A stretch of DNA of 33,811 bases from NCBI GenBank assembly GCA_964452145.1, contig CAYVLA010000027.1, positions 1 through 33,811 on the forward strand. Reading direction: 5' to 3'. This stretch comes from Candidatus Hadarchaeota archaeon (GTDB taxonomy: Archaea; CAYQAE01; CAYVLA01). This document shows positions 1-9,591 of this stretch, one piece after another. Below the pieces are notes generated by a model. The model saw nothing but the letters and a program-made list of their open reading frames with translations. It had not been told where the DNA came from and did no database searches. The translations under genes and the position numbers were made by a program. The first letter of the stretch is position 1. Each line of letters opens with the position of its first letter.

Positions 1-25
1 CTCACGCCAAGAGGAGGGAGAACTA

Positions 26-994
26 GTGGTTCCCGGGGAGCTGGGCGACGTGGTGACCCTCGGGGAGGTAATGGTCCGTCTGGCCACCGACCCGGGCATC
101 CGCCTAGAGGATGCAAGGACGCTTCGCGTCCGAGTGGGAGGATCGGAGTGCAATGTGGCCGTGGGGTTGTCGGCCCTCGGCAGACGTTGCGGGTGGATAT
201 CCAAACTGCCGGACAATGCTCTGGGCCGTATGACACTGCGGCGGATAAGGGAGACCGGGGTGGACGTCTCACGCGTTGTCTGGGCACGCAGTGCCAGGGC
301 CGGCACCTACTTTGTGGAATTCGGGGCAAAGCCCCGGGCAACCAGGATTCTATACGACAGGAAGGGCTCCGCGGCCAGCCGACTCCGCGTGGAAGACGTG
401 GACTGGAATTACGTAGCGGGATTCCGGGCCATCCATCTCACGGGCATAACTCCCGCCCTGAGCGCCGGTTGCCGGAGGGTCGTCTCATCTGCCGTGGAAC
501 GGGCAAGGGATTTCGGTGTGAAGATCTCGTTCGATGTCAACTATAGATCCAGATTGTGGGGCACGGGAAGGGCCCTGAAATGCATCGATTCCCTGATACA
601 CAGGCTCGATGTGTTGATCGTGACCATGTCCGACGCCAGGTCCCTGTTCAAGCTGTCGGGGAGTCCCGACGAGGTCCTGCTCAGGTTGGCAGATCGGTAC
701 GAATGCGCCGTCACGGTGCTGACGCTTGGGTCTGACGGAGCGATCGCGCTCAGTGCCGGAGAGACCTACAGATCCGTCGGGCTCGAGGTGGACGAGATCG
801 ATCGAATAGGGGCTGGGGATGCCTTTGACGCGGGGTTCCTTCACGGCTACCTCGACGAGGATGTCCAGAGGGGCCTTGATCTGGGATCCGCTATGGCGGC
901 AATGAAGCATACCATGGTGGGCGATTTCCCCATCGTGACCGAGGAAGAGGTCCTCGAGATTGTTCACCGGCAGGATGACTCCATACGTAGATAG
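26..994 (+). CDS. PfkB-family sugar kinase, 2-keto-3-deoxygluconate kinase-like
   Basis: GEVM, GGSECNVA, HLTGIT, FDVNYR and C-terminal DRIGAGDAFDAG PfkB signatures; GAGGAGG SD-like sequence before the GTG start. Confidence 0.88.
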   Translation: MVPGELGDVVTLGEVMVRLATDPGIRLEDARTLRVRVGGSECNVAVGLSALGRRCGWISKLPDNALGRMTLRRIRETGVDVSRVVWARSARAGTYFVEFGAKPRATRILYDRKGSAASRLRVEDVDWNYVAGFRAIHLTGITPALSAGCRRVVSSAVERARDFGVKISFDVNYRSRLWGTGRALKCIDSLIHRLDVLIVTMSDARSLFKLSGSPDEVLLRLADRYECAVTVLTLGSDGAIALSAGETYRSVGLEVDEIDRIGAGDAFDAGFLHGYLDEDVQRGLDLGSAMAAMKHTMVGDFPIVTEEEVLEIVHRQDDSIRR

Positions 995-1016
995 ACATCA
1001 CCTGTCCGGTAAGCGG

Positions 1017-2537
1017 TCAGCCGGGGATCTGCCAGCTGAGCTCCTTGATGGTCTCGTAGATGGCCTTGTAGATACGGAATCGTTCTCGGTATCCGTCCAC
1101 AGCCTTGGCCTCGGGTTGAAAACCATCCACGGGCACCACGGTCTCCTCGACTGCCTGGTCAAGGTTCCGGAACCCGCCGGCTGCCGTTGCAGCGAGAAGA
1201 GCCGCCCCCAGGCAACCTGCCTCGGAGACGGCGAGCCGAACCATCTTCTTCTCCAGTATGTCCGCCTTGATCTGAAGCCAGATCTTGGATGCCGCCCCGC
1301 CGCCGATCGCCCTGAGTTCATCGATCCTTATGCCGGATTGTTCCAGCCTCTCCAGGTTCACCTTGGTCTCGTAGGTTATGCCGTCCAGTATGGCCTTGTA
1401 CAGCTCGGCCCTGGTCGTCGATGTCGTCAGACCGATGATGGCTCCCTTGGATCCGGGGTCCAGGTAGGGCGTCCCGGTGCCCACGAAGTGGGGCAGGAGG
1501 TAGACGTTGACCGGCCCATTGGCGGCCTCCCTGTCGAGTATGCTGTAAGCACTGACTCCTTCCTCTCGAGCCCGGCGGATCTCGTCCTGGGCGAAGTTGT
1601 CGCGATACCATTTGAGCACCGCTCCGGCCCCGAAGTGGAAGGCCAAGGTGACGTACATGCCGGGTTTGACGTGGCAGTAGCACGGAAAGTTTGACTCCAG
1701 CATGGTCCGGTTGAGGACCGGTCTATCGGTGGCAGTCGTGACGCACTCCACTGTTCCAGTGGAATCAACCCCTACCTTGGGGCGGGTGATGCCGCCCCCC
1801 AAGGCGCTGCAGGGCTGGTCGTGTCCGCCCGTTACGGCCATTAGCCCCTTTGGAAGCCCAAGGTCCTTCGCTACCTCGGACTCGATCTCTCCCACAACAA
1901 CTCCTGAAGGCTGCGCCTCGGCAAGTAGGTCGGGGTCCAGACCGGCTGCCTCCAGCATGGTTTCGGACCACCTCCTCTTGACCACATCGAATGCCATGGT
2001 TCTGGACGCAAGCGAATAGTCGATGGTTGGCTCAAGGCCGAGCCTGTAGAAGAAGAGATCCTCGTAGCAAAGGAATTTCCAGGCCCGCTCGAATAGCTCG
2101 GGCTGGTTGTCCCGAAACCACATGATCTTGTTCAGGGTCGTCATGGGATGCAGGGGCTGGCCGGTTATGGCGAAGATCGTCTCCCGCCCCATCTCCGAGG
2201 CCCACCATCGCGCCTGCGGGACGGTACGGTTGTCGAAGGTGACCACGCTGTTGGCCAGAGCCCGTCCGTCCCTGGAGACAGGGGTCACTGCCTCGCCCTG
2301 GACCGAGACGCTCAGGGCCTCTATGTCGCTGGAACCCTCCCATGAGCCTACCTGCTGTAGGACCTCCTTTGTCTTGGCCCACACCAGATCCGAGTCAAGC
2401 TCCCGCCACCCGGGCCTGGGGTATGTCAGATCGTACTCCCGGTGGGCCTCCACAATCTGCTTGCCTCTGATGTCGAAGACCACCGCCTTGACAACGGTTG
2501 TCCCGATGTCCAAACCGGCATAGTACAACGAATCCAC
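1017..2537 (-). CDS. FGGY-family carbohydrate kinase (xylulokinase-like; substrate uncertain)
   Basis: GLDIGTT, GGHDQ, STGT, LPHFVGTGTP, IGGGAAS..WLQIKAD; its start abuts the aldolase stop codon. Confidence 0.9.
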   Translation of the reverse strand: MDSLYYAGLDIGTTVVKAVVFDIRGKQIVEAHREYDLTYPRPGWRELDSDLVWAKTKEVLQQVGSWEGSSDIEALSVSVQGEAVTPVSRDGRALANSVVTFDNRTVPQARWWASEMGRETIFAITGQPLHPMTTLNKIMWFRDNQPELFERAWKFLCYEDLFFYRLGLEPTIDYSLASRTMAFDVVKRRWSETMLEAAGLDPDLLAEAQPSGVVVGEIESEVAKDLGLPKGLMAVTGGHDQPCSALGGGITRPKVGVDSTGTVECVTTATDRPVLNRTMLESNFPCYCHVKPGMYVTLAFHFGAGAVLKWYRDNFAQDEIRRAREEGVSAYSILDREAANGPVNVYLLPHFVGTGTPYLDPGSKGAIIGLTTSTTRAELYKAILDGITYETKVNLERLEQSGIRIDELRAIGGGAASKIWLQIKADILEKKMVRLAVSEAGCLGAALLAATAAGGFRNLDQAVEETVVPVDGFQPEAKAVDGYRERFRIYKAIYETIKELSWQIPG

Positions 2538-3146
2538 CTACCAGTTCTCGTAGGCCTTGTGCTCGTCCTTGTAACCGGCCTGGAGGGCTAGGTACCTGAG
2601 GCGGGATATGCTGTCAACGACGCTGACCCACATATAGGCTTCCTCCAGTATGTTGCCTGTCGCGAACACACCGTGGGACCTGACCATTGCGGCTTTGTAA
2701 TTCTTTAGGACGGGGGGCAGTTTCTCGGCCGCCTCTGATGATCCGACTGGGACCTTAAGGTCCACCACCGGGATCTTGTGCATATGATAGGCCCCCTCGG
2801 CATCGACGGCGATTATCTCCTTCTCCAAGAGCGAAAGGACGATGGCAAAGGGCGGATGAGCGTGTATTATGGCTAGGGCCGAGGTCCCCTGGTATATGGC
2901 TCTGTGTACGACTGTCTCGGTTGAGGCCAGAACGATTCCGCTGTCGTCCTCGTATATGCCGGTCTCGATGACATCACCTCTTTTGATGTCGGCTGACATG
3001 GAGCCCCTGCGAGTGATGAAGATCCGGTCGCCCCGCCTGACGCTCAGGTTGCCGCTGTGCGATGTGTTGAGCCCATGCGAATCAAGGAGCCTGCCGAACT
3101 TGCGGAAATCCCTCCAGATCTGGGTTTTCTCATCTTCTGCCTTCAT
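2538..3146 (-). CDS. Class II aldolase/adducin family, L-fuculose-phosphate aldolase-like
   Basis: SGNLSVR, ASTE..VHRAIY, HAHP and SHG (Zn ligands and catalytic Glu present). Confidence 0.88.
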   Translation of the reverse strand: MKAEDEKTQIWRDFRKFGRLLDSHGLNTSHSGNLSVRRGDRIFITRRGSMSADIKRGDVIETGIYEDDSGIVLASTETVVHRAIYQGTSALAIIHAHPPFAIVLSLLEKEIIAVDAEGAYHMHKIPVVDLKVPVGSSEAAEKLPPVLKNYKAAMVRSHGVFATGNILEEAYMWVSVVDSISRLRYLALQAGYKDEHKAYENW

Positions 3147-3323
3147 AGGTGTCGTCCAGTTACCAGTCCAGGCTTGCTCTTATCTTTCTTCCCTTCCCCT
3201 TGTAAACGCTGTAGGGTTTGACTCTGCATGGTGACTCCGCATGGCTGACTGGCAATGACGATCCCGAGGTCCAGGGCGCGTCGCAGGGGCTGGGAACATG
3301 AATGCCGGAATCTCCCAGGTAGT

Positions 3324-4235
3324 CTATGCACCCTGTTCGAGGAGTTCTGATATCTCCTTGAAGCGATTCCGGATCGTGACCTCAGTGACACCGGCGGCCT
3401 CTGCGACCTCTCTCTGAGTCTTCCTGCAACCAGCGTTCAAGCATGCCATGTACAGAGCAGAGGCCGCGATACCCATGGGGCCTTTGCCTGAGCTAAGACC
3501 GAGGGAAAGGACCTTCCTTAGGAGCTCTATGGCGTCCTGTTGAACCGGAGGCGGAACCCCTAGGATGCTGCCGAATCGTGGTATATAACTGATCGGCGTG
3601 ACGGGGGGCAACTTGATGCCCAAGCGCCGGGAGATGAACCTGTGGCTCCTGCCTATCTCCTTGCTCTCCAACTTGGTGGCCTCAGCGATCTCCTCCAAGG
3701 TCCGGGGAACCTGGAACTGTCGACAGGTGATGTATATGATGGCTGCCGAGAGCAGCTCTATCGACCTGCCGCGGGCAAGGCCATTTTCGACAATCCTCCG
3801 ATAAAGCAGGCTTGCGGCCTCCCTGATGTTCTTGGGAAGGTTGAGCAGCCCGCTTATCCTTTCGATATCATTGAGGGCAGTCACAAGATGTCTGTCCCTG
3901 GACTTCTGTATCTTGCTGCGGGAATCCCATCGTCGAAGACGGTAGAACTGGCTCGTCTTCTCGGGGCTCAGGCGTTTGCCCGAGCTGTCGACATCGCGCC
4001 TGTCAATGACCGAGGAAAGGCCTTTGTCGTGGAGGGAATACGTCGCTGGAGCCCCGGCTCTCTCTCTGTCTCTGCGCTGCTCGGAGTCGAAAGCCCTCCA
4101 CTCGGGCCCGCGGTCGATCAGCTTATCGGAGAGGACGTATCCACACTTGGAGCAGATGATCTCCCCCCGGAGAGGATCCTCCTCCAGCTTGGTGCTCCCG
4201 CATTCCGGGCATTTCTCCGCGCCTTCCTCGTCCAC
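3324..4235 (-). CDS. tfb: Transcription initiation factor IIB
   Basis: Zn ribbon CPECG..CSKCG, B-reader DRGPEWRAF, two cyclin repeats, C-terminal TQREVA..GVTEVTIRNR; start moved to GTG 4235 because an AGGAGG SD precedes it. Confidence 0.97.
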   Translation of the reverse strand: MDEEGAEKCPECGSTKLEEDPLRGEIICSKCGYVLSDKLIDRGPEWRAFDSEQRRDRERAGAPATYSLHDKGLSSVIDRRDVDSSGKRLSPEKTSQFYRLRRWDSRSKIQKSRDRHLVTALNDIERISGLLNLPKNIREAASLLYRRIVENGLARGRSIELLSAAIIYITCRQFQVPRTLEEIAEATKLESKEIGRSHRFISRRLGIKLPPVTPISYIPRFGSILGVPPPVQQDAIELLRKVLSLGLSSGKGPMGIAASALYMACLNAGCRKTQREVAEAAGVTEVTIRNRFKEISELLEQGA

Positions 4236-4446
4236 CCCGCACTCCTCCTGAAGCAGCCACGCGCTGAGCCACAACTCAGGCAAAAGTCTACAACAAAGGT
4301 GTTAGCTGCCCTTATACCTGTTTCGAAATCAGGCGCGGGCGACCTCAAGGGGAACCCTGGGGGCCTGATGGAAAGCTGGGTGGAACCGTCTTCGGGCAGT
4401 TCACCTATAATAGTGCGCGGTTCAAGTGCTGTGAGGAGGATGGATC

Positions 4447-5181
4447 TTGGCTGATGACGAAACGATCATCCATGATTTGACAAGGATATCGAAGCGGGCA
4501 TTCCGGCTCGGATTCGCCGTGGCAGGGGAAGGTAACACCTCCGCCCGATCCTTGTCCGGCGAAAGTTTCTGGATAAAGAGGTCAGGATGCTCCCTGGGGG
4601 AAGTCACGCCCCTCGATTTTATACAGGTTGACATTAGCAGAGCCCTTCGCGAACCCGACCGGTTGCGTGAGGCCGTTGTCCGATGCTCGGATGACAGATA
4701 CAGGCCCTCCATAGAAGTGCCCATGCATGCCTCCATCTTCGCCCATAGCCCGGAGGCCAACTTCATCGTACACACACATCCGCCGTGCACCCTGGCGGGG
4801 TGCTGCTCCAAGGATCCCCGGGAATTCTTTCGGCCTCAGTTCCCCGACTCAGTGGTGTATCTGGGCGTTGCGGAGAAACACTGGGCCTTTGTCCCCTATG
4901 CTTCCCCCGGGCCCGGCGTTGCACGCATTCTGAATGAGGCCCTATCGGGGCTGAGCGAGGATCTTCGCGTGGTGATACTCGCAAACCACGGAGCCATCAC
5001 CGTCGGCAAGAATGCCAACGAGGCCATCGGACGAACCGAGATACTGGAGAAGGCAAGTTACGTCAGACTCATGTCGAGTCTCAACGGATGCGCGACGTTT
5101 CTCGGCCCCGACGATGTCATGTGCCTCGAGAACATGGAATCAGAGAGATACCGCCAGCGGGTTCTGAAAGGGGAGATCTAG
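4447..5181 (+). CDS. Class II aldolase/adducin family protein (second, divergent copy)
   Basis: GEGNTSAR, IKRSG, PSIEVPMH, HTHP, LANHG; GGAGG SD upstream and a TATAATA at ~4406. Confidence 0.85.
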   Translation: MADDETIIHDLTRISKRAFRLGFAVAGEGNTSARSLSGESFWIKRSGCSLGEVTPLDFIQVDISRALREPDRLREAVVRCSDDRYRPSIEVPMHASIFAHSPEANFIVHTHPPCTLAGCCSKDPREFFRPQFPDSVVYLGVAEKHWAFVPYASPGPGVARILNEALSGLSEDLRVVILANHGAITVGKNANEAIGRTEILEKASYVRLMSSLNGCATFLGPDDVMCLENMESERYRQRVLKGEI

Positions 5182-5507
5182 GAGGTCATCTTCCAGACGT
5201 GCTTGCACTTCGTGCATGTAAGGTATACGGTCTCGGCCTCGTCTCCGCCCCTAGTCTGGACCGAGTAGTAGTAGGCTTCCGCATTGCCGCATCTCCTGCA
5301 GTTCGCCTTGGTCTTGGCGTAAGGTACGACCTCCTCCTTCACAACGACCACGTTGTCGTTGCTCGGCGTCGCGCTGGAGAGAACGTATCCACGCCGGGAG
5401 GATGCCCCGATCTCCTTGGATGTTCCGCACGAGGGACAGTGCAGGACCTTCTTGCCCTCCGTCTCCCGAGGAGTCAGCAATGTCCCACACCGAGTGCAGA
5501 ACTCCAT
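5178..5507 (-). CDS. tfs: Transcription factor S (RpoM/Rpb9-like cleavage factor)
   Basis: MEFCTRC..CPSC and CRRC..QTRGGDE..CTKC Zn ribbons; acidic DE hairpin intact; ATG at 5507. Confidence 0.93.
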   Translation of the reverse strand: MEFCTRCGTLLTPRETEGKKVLHCPSCGTSKEIGASSRRGYVLSSATPSNDNVVVVKEEVVPYAKTKANCRRCGNAEAYYYSVQTRGGDEAETVYLTCTKCKHVWKMTS

Positions 5508-5511
5508 CTCC

Positions 5512-5934
5512 CTACCTCTTCCGTGGCCTGGCCCTGATCCCAAGTGATAAATAGTCCCTCAATATCTGGCCGTGGTCAAAAGCGAGCTCCTCGGGGAGGT
5601 CGTCAGGTTGGAAGAACGAAACATCCTCGGCATCGCTTCCGGATCCCGGTTGGCCCTCCACCGTGCCCGCGGCATACACAATACTGATGGACCTCCCCCT
5701 CGGATCCCTATCCGGCCTTGAGTAGACCCCGACCAATGTTAGGTCTCCGATGCTCAGCCCCGTTTCCTCCTTGGCCTCCCTGACTGCAGCCTTCTCGACG
5801 GTCTCGTTGTCCTCCACGATGCCGCCGGGAATGGCCCAGCACGCCTTGTATGGGGGAAATCGCCTCCTGATAAGAGCTATTCCTTCGCCTGTGCGAATCA
5901 CGACATCGGTCGTCACAAAAGTCGTCATGGTCAT
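5512..5934 (-). CDS. NUDIX hydrolase (ADP-ribose pyrophosphatase-like)
   Basis: Nudix box GGIVEDNETVEKAAVREAKEETGL; RDPR and LAFDH motifs. Confidence 0.93.
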   Translation of the reverse strand: MTMTTFVTTDVVIRTGEGIALIRRRFPPYKACWAIPGGIVEDNETVEKAAVREAKEETGLSIGDLTLVGVYSRPDRDPRGRSISIVYAAGTVEGQPGSGSDAEDVSFFQPDDLPEELAFDHGQILRDYLSLGIRARPRKR

Positions 5935-6554
5935 ACTCTTCCGTAGGATTCCCCTCTGACCACCCCGGATGCGATGATGTGGGCCACCCGAATGGGTTCG
6001 GGCATCAGGCTCCTAGTAGAGGTGATCTCCAGGATCGCATGGGCATCTTCCTCGCCTATGCCGAAGGCCTGGAAGTAGACTCGCCCCCTTCTCTTAGATC
6101 CGGCATACACGTGCACCATGGGTGCCCCGGCCTCCTGCACCCTTTGCCACCTCTTCGGGGCATCCGGGAACCTCGCGAGGGCTCTGCCTATGGCCTCCAG
6201 GTCCGGTTCCGATCGGGTGACGGAGATCAGGGGAAGGCCCGTTTCAAGATGGATCCTGGGGGCGTCCATGACGTTGAAGCCGCCGAAGGTTAGCCCATCG
6301 GTCATCACAACCCTCACCTGACCTCGGTGCCTTGATCGGGATATCATGCGGATTATCTGGTCGGTTGAGTCATCGCCGTCAACGTCAACCCGGGTCGTCA
6401 CTATCCCTTCTAGGCAGAGGCCGCCCCTGAACACGGTGCCAACAAGCAAGGCCGTCTCGCCCTGTCCGAACTTGAAAGGCCCGTCATCTATGCCAAGGAC
6501 TCTGACTTCCTCCTTGACCTCCCAGAAACCTGTCTTGCCTTCAGAGGTCCTCAT
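5931..6554 (-). CDS. DUF99-family protein (endonuclease V-like fold)
   Basis: VLGIDDGPF, VDGDDST, DGLTFGGFNV and PEPIRVAHIIASG motifs; ATG at 6554. Confidence 0.88.
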   Translation of the reverse strand: MRTSEGKTGFWEVKEEVRVLGIDDGPFKFGQGETALLVGTVFRGGLCLEGIVTTRVDVDGDDSTDQIIRMISRSRHRGQVRVVMTDGLTFGGFNVMDAPRIHLETGLPLISVTRSEPDLEAIGRALARFPDAPKRWQRVQEAGAPMVHVYAGSKRRGRVYFQAFGIGEEDAHAILEITSTRSLMPEPIRVAHIIASGVVRGESYGRV

Positions 6555-7011
6555 CGATGCCCATCTCAGAAAGAGTCCGGTCCATGAGGTCGCCCAGCGC
6601 TCGGGCATACCCTTCAGGGTCAGGGAGGGATCGGCTCGGGTCCAGCTTCCCGGCGATCTGGGCGGCCGCCTCCTCGACGTCCAAGGCTCCGCTCAGCCAT
6701 GCGTATGCGAACACAGCCTCAACGATGTCCCCCTTCCGATGTTTGTCGCTGTGGCGAGGGACCAGGCTCTGATGAGCGCATGAGCGAAGCGCATCCGCTA
6801 GTATGCGGTTGGGGATCTTTCCGCCGCTCGGACATCCTTTGGACAGTGAAAGACTCAGCGAGAAGATCAGGTTCAGCAGGGCGTCCCCTAGCTTGGAGAG
6901 ATCCTTGTCGCGGAATGCCTCTGATGGGGTGGGCCATTGTCGCAGAAGAGAGGCCTTGACGAGTCTCCGAGGTCTACCCGAGCGCCTTCTCAAATTCACC
7001 ACGAAGCTCAT
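6541..7011 (-). CDS. Archaeal ribonuclease III-family (minimal RNase III domain) protein; start uncertain
   Basis: DKDLSKLGDALLN, NRILADAL and KGDIVEAVFAYAWL; located directly after rpoL; in-frame canonical starts lie only inside the rpoL 3' end. Confidence 0.78.
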   Translation of the reverse strand: MSFVVNLRRRSGRPRRLVKASLLRQWPTPSEAFRDKDLSKLGDALLNLIFSLSLSLSKGCPSGGKIPNRILADALRSCAHQSLVPRHSDKHRKGDIVEAVFAYAWLSGALDVEEAAAQIAGKLDPSRSLPDPEGYARALGDLMDRTLSEMGIDEDL

Positions 7012-7255
7012 CACACATCTTGGCCAGCTTCTTGGAAGCACGTTTGAGGACGGTGGACGGCTTGCTTCCGACGGTCTCGATCTCGAACCTAGGCTTGAAT
7101 CTGTGGGTCACCGGATGCTCGATGGTGTAGGCAATCCTCTTGACCGCGGGATCGTCCACCAGCACGCTGCGGAGAGCATTGCAGAAGGTGTGGGTTTCCC
7201 CGACGATGTAGAACTCCAGGTGGTTCTTCTCAGAACTGATGACTTCGATCTCCAT
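6974..7255 (-). CDS. rpoL: DNA-directed RNA polymerase subunit L (Rpo11)
   Basis: GETHTFCNALR..L and AYTIEHP motifs; 93 aa. Confidence 0.96.
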   Translation of the reverse strand: MEIEVISSEKNHLEFYIVGETHTFCNALRSVLVDDPAVKRIAYTIEHPVTHRFKPRFEIETVGSKPSTVLKRASKKLAKMCDELRGEFEKALG

Positions 7256-7263
7256 TCTGACAC

Positions 7264-7845
7264 CTACAGTAGGCTGCTGCCGTACCTTGTTGACAGCTTC
7301 CTGTTCTCATAGCTGTCGCATGCTTCGCAGTACAGTCTCTTGTTCTTCACAACCAACGGTAACCTGCAGTTCCCACACTTCGCCAGAACCACCCCTAAGT
7401 CATCCTCGACCGTGCTCAGCATTACGGGCACCCTCCGAGGGTTCACGACCTTGGCCCTGACTATGTCGCCCATCTGGAACTGGCTGCTGAGATCCTTGAC
7501 GTAACCCCTTCTTGCCTGGGAGATGTGTATGGCCCCCTCTGGGGACGATGGTATCTCCCTGTTCTTCTCCCCTTCGATGACGACCATTGCCATATGCGCG
7601 AACTGCCCCCTGATCAGACTGATCATCCCGAGCACCACATCTCCTTCGACGGGGACGGGCGGCAGGCGGGACGAAGCAAACACGGAGACCTTCCTCGCCT
7701 TAGGGTCGAACTCCACCTTTCCGGTGGCGGAGGAATAAACGAGGCCGCCATCCACAAAGGTGTTGTCGCCCGGAATGAATTCCTCTTCCACGCCCAGGAC
7801 ATCGCCTGGCACGACAAAATCGCCTGTCTCAAGCTTCTTCTGCAT
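7264..7845 (-). CDS. csl4: Exosome RNA-binding subunit Csl4
   Basis: VVPGD..EEF.PG, S1 domain IHISQ..GDIVRAKV, LGVVLAKC..C..C..ENRKLS Zn ribbon. Confidence 0.95.
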   Translation of the reverse strand: MQKKLETGDFVVPGDVLGVEEEFIPGDNTFVDGGLVYSSATGKVEFDPKARKVSVFASSRLPPVPVEGDVVLGMISLIRGQFAHMAMVVIEGEKNREIPSSPEGAIHISQARRGYVKDLSSQFQMGDIVRAKVVNPRRVPVMLSTVEDDLGVVLAKCGNCRLPLVVKNKRLYCEACDSYENRKLSTRYGSSLL

Positions 7846-8494
7846 CTTGTTTCCTCCGGATCAGGTAAAGGTCGGCGGCAACAACGCGGGCCGGTTTCTT
7901 GTGAAAGGGGAACTGGTGGGGTATTCGCACATCCACGCTCATCCTGGAGTCGACCTCCCCCCCAAGGCTTTCAACATACCCAGCGACGAAGATCTGGACC
8001 TCTCGATTGCCCTTATGAAGGGAATATGCAATGGGTGCAAGTTCCAGCGCCTTCCTTATGAAAACCCGGTCAGATGATCTGGATTGGACTCCAAACGGGG
8101 GGTTCTGGATCACGGTGTCGAACGCGCCTATCGTTCGAACGTCCAAGTCCGCCACGTCGATTTCCTTCAGCTCTATCCTGTCGCCGATTTGAAGGCCTGA
8201 GGCCTCCTCCGCCTTATTTATGTTTTTTCCGGCGACCTCTAGAGCGACCGGGTCAAGATCGACTCCGCAGACCTGCCTCGCACCGGCCAGGGCAGCCCCC
8301 ACGGTTAGGATGCCGGTGCCGCACCCCAGATCGCATACACGCCGTCCCTCTACATGGCCGTTGCTCCACGCGACGAAGATTATCTGCGCTGCAACGCCTG
8401 GGGGAAGATCGTACTGTTCGAGGCCAGCGCTGGGGCTGGGATGGCGGAGAAGTCCCGACAGGACCATCTCAAGATTTCTCTTCCTCAATCTCAT
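7829..8494 (-). CDS. METTL5-family SAM-dependent (putative rRNA m6A) methyltransferase
   Basis: LEQY, DLGCGTG, NPPFG, YSLH and FPFH.K motifs. Confidence 0.92.
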   Translation of the reverse strand: MRLRKRNLEMVLSGLLRHPSPSAGLEQYDLPPGVAAQIIFVAWSNGHVEGRRVCDLGCGTGILTVGAALAGARQVCGVDLDPVALEVAGKNINKAEEASGLQIGDRIELKEIDVADLDVRTIGAFDTVIQNPPFGVQSRSSDRVFIRKALELAPIAYSLHKGNREVQIFVAGYVESLGGEVDSRMSVDVRIPHQFPFHKKPARVVAADLYLIRRKQDAEEA

Positions 8495-9485
8495 CTGGTC
8501 GGTAGTCCTCCCAGCTCGTTGTGCCCAACAGGATCTCGACCTCGGGTGGGGTGAGCACAGGTCTCGGGAAGAGTGAACAGTCCTCCACAGCCATCCTGGG
8601 GCACCCGAAGTTCACGTAGGCGTCCAGATCGTACAGGACGAGCCTGGATGGGTCGAGATGATCGCTTGATAGCATCACTGCATCAAATCCGGCAGACCGG
8701 AGAGCTTGTCTGCAGTTCAATGCTTCAGATACCCGGATCTGCCCGGGTTTTGTCGAGACGAGGAGACCGATGTCTCTGGCCTCTCTGGCCCTCTCAATCT
8801 GGGCAAACCGCTTCCTTAAGGTCGTATCCCTCAACCTGTCGACCTCTCGGTATTCCTGCGAATAGGGGTCGATTACTCGAACCTCCCTTTTCGTTGCCAG
8901 GGCCACCCCCAGGGGATGGAAGTTGCCTCCCCCAACGTACAGGAAGGATTCGACCTTGTCCATGATGTCTCGAGCCGCTTTGAAGTCGCATCCCAGTACC
9001 TGTCCCTTGCACTCCGTTCTGGGGCTGGGATTCCCCACGTAGACCTGGCAGCCCTTCCCTCGCAACAGAGAGGCGATGCCACCAAGCTCATGGCAGTGTT
9101 GGAGGCTTGACACTAGGCCGATATTGGAGACAGGTATCTGGGCGATACGGGATTTCAGGGCCTCAACCGAGGATGTGCGAGAGAAGCAGGGAACGTACAC
9201 CACCGGCACCCTTCCGTCGCCCACCATCCTTGAGTGGCCCATGTGTACGATGAGGTCGCAGCCCAGGTCCGGCAGGGATCTTGACAGGTCGCATCCGCCA
9301 AAACATGGCTCGGTGCAGAAGATGGGCAGGGCATCGGTTTCGCCCTCGATCCTCTTCCTGATGCACGGAACGTACCTTTTCAGCCCATCAGGCATCTGGA
9401 AGCCGACGACCCTGCTTCGCTTCCTTCTTATCTCCTCAACCAACCAGGAAAGCCGGAGATCGTGGTCGGTCTGATCATCGGACAC
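8469..9485 (-). CDS. dph2: 2-(3-amino-3-carboxypropyl)histidine synthase (diphthamide biosynthesis)
   Basis: QMPDGLK, CFGGCD, HMGH, QVLGC, GGGNFH, KPGQ and GCPR (three Fe-S cysteines present). Confidence 0.95.
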   Translation of the reverse strand: MSDDQTDHDLRLSWLVEEIRRKRSRVVGFQMPDGLKRYVPCIRKRIEGETDALPIFCTEPCFGGCDLSRSLPDLGCDLIVHMGHSRMVGDGRVPVVYVPCFSRTSSVEALKSRIAQIPVSNIGLVSSLQHCHELGGIASLLRGKGCQVYVGNPSPRTECKGQVLGCDFKAARDIMDKVESFLYVGGGNFHPLGVALATKREVRVIDPYSQEYREVDRLRDTTLRKRFAQIERAREARDIGLLVSTKPGQIRVSEALNCRQALRSAGFDAVMLSSDHLDPSRLVLYDLDAYVNFGCPRMAVEDCSLFPRPVLTPPEVEILLGTTSWEDYRPDEIEEEKS

Positions 9486-9508
9486 GTTCCCCTATCGTCT
9501 GGCGGCGG

Positions 9509-9515
9509 TTTAAAT
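9509..9515 (-). promoter_or_regulatory. Putative TATA box for dph2 (possibly shared with divergent rio1)
   Basis: TTTAAAT, the only AT-rich element in the intergenic gap, ~25 nt upstream of the dph2 GTG (consistent with a leaderless mRNA). Confidence 0.55.
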
Positions 9516-9591
9516 GCTTCCCGAGATGCTGCCTGCCTCCTAGGGAAGACTAAAGAGAAGGCCCCGAACCAGAGATGTCAGAAGTGGAAAC

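Noticed and set aside
3147..3323. Possible sRNA between tfb and the aldolase (ATGACGA C-box-like)
   Set aside because: No matching D box within the spacer and only weak pairing
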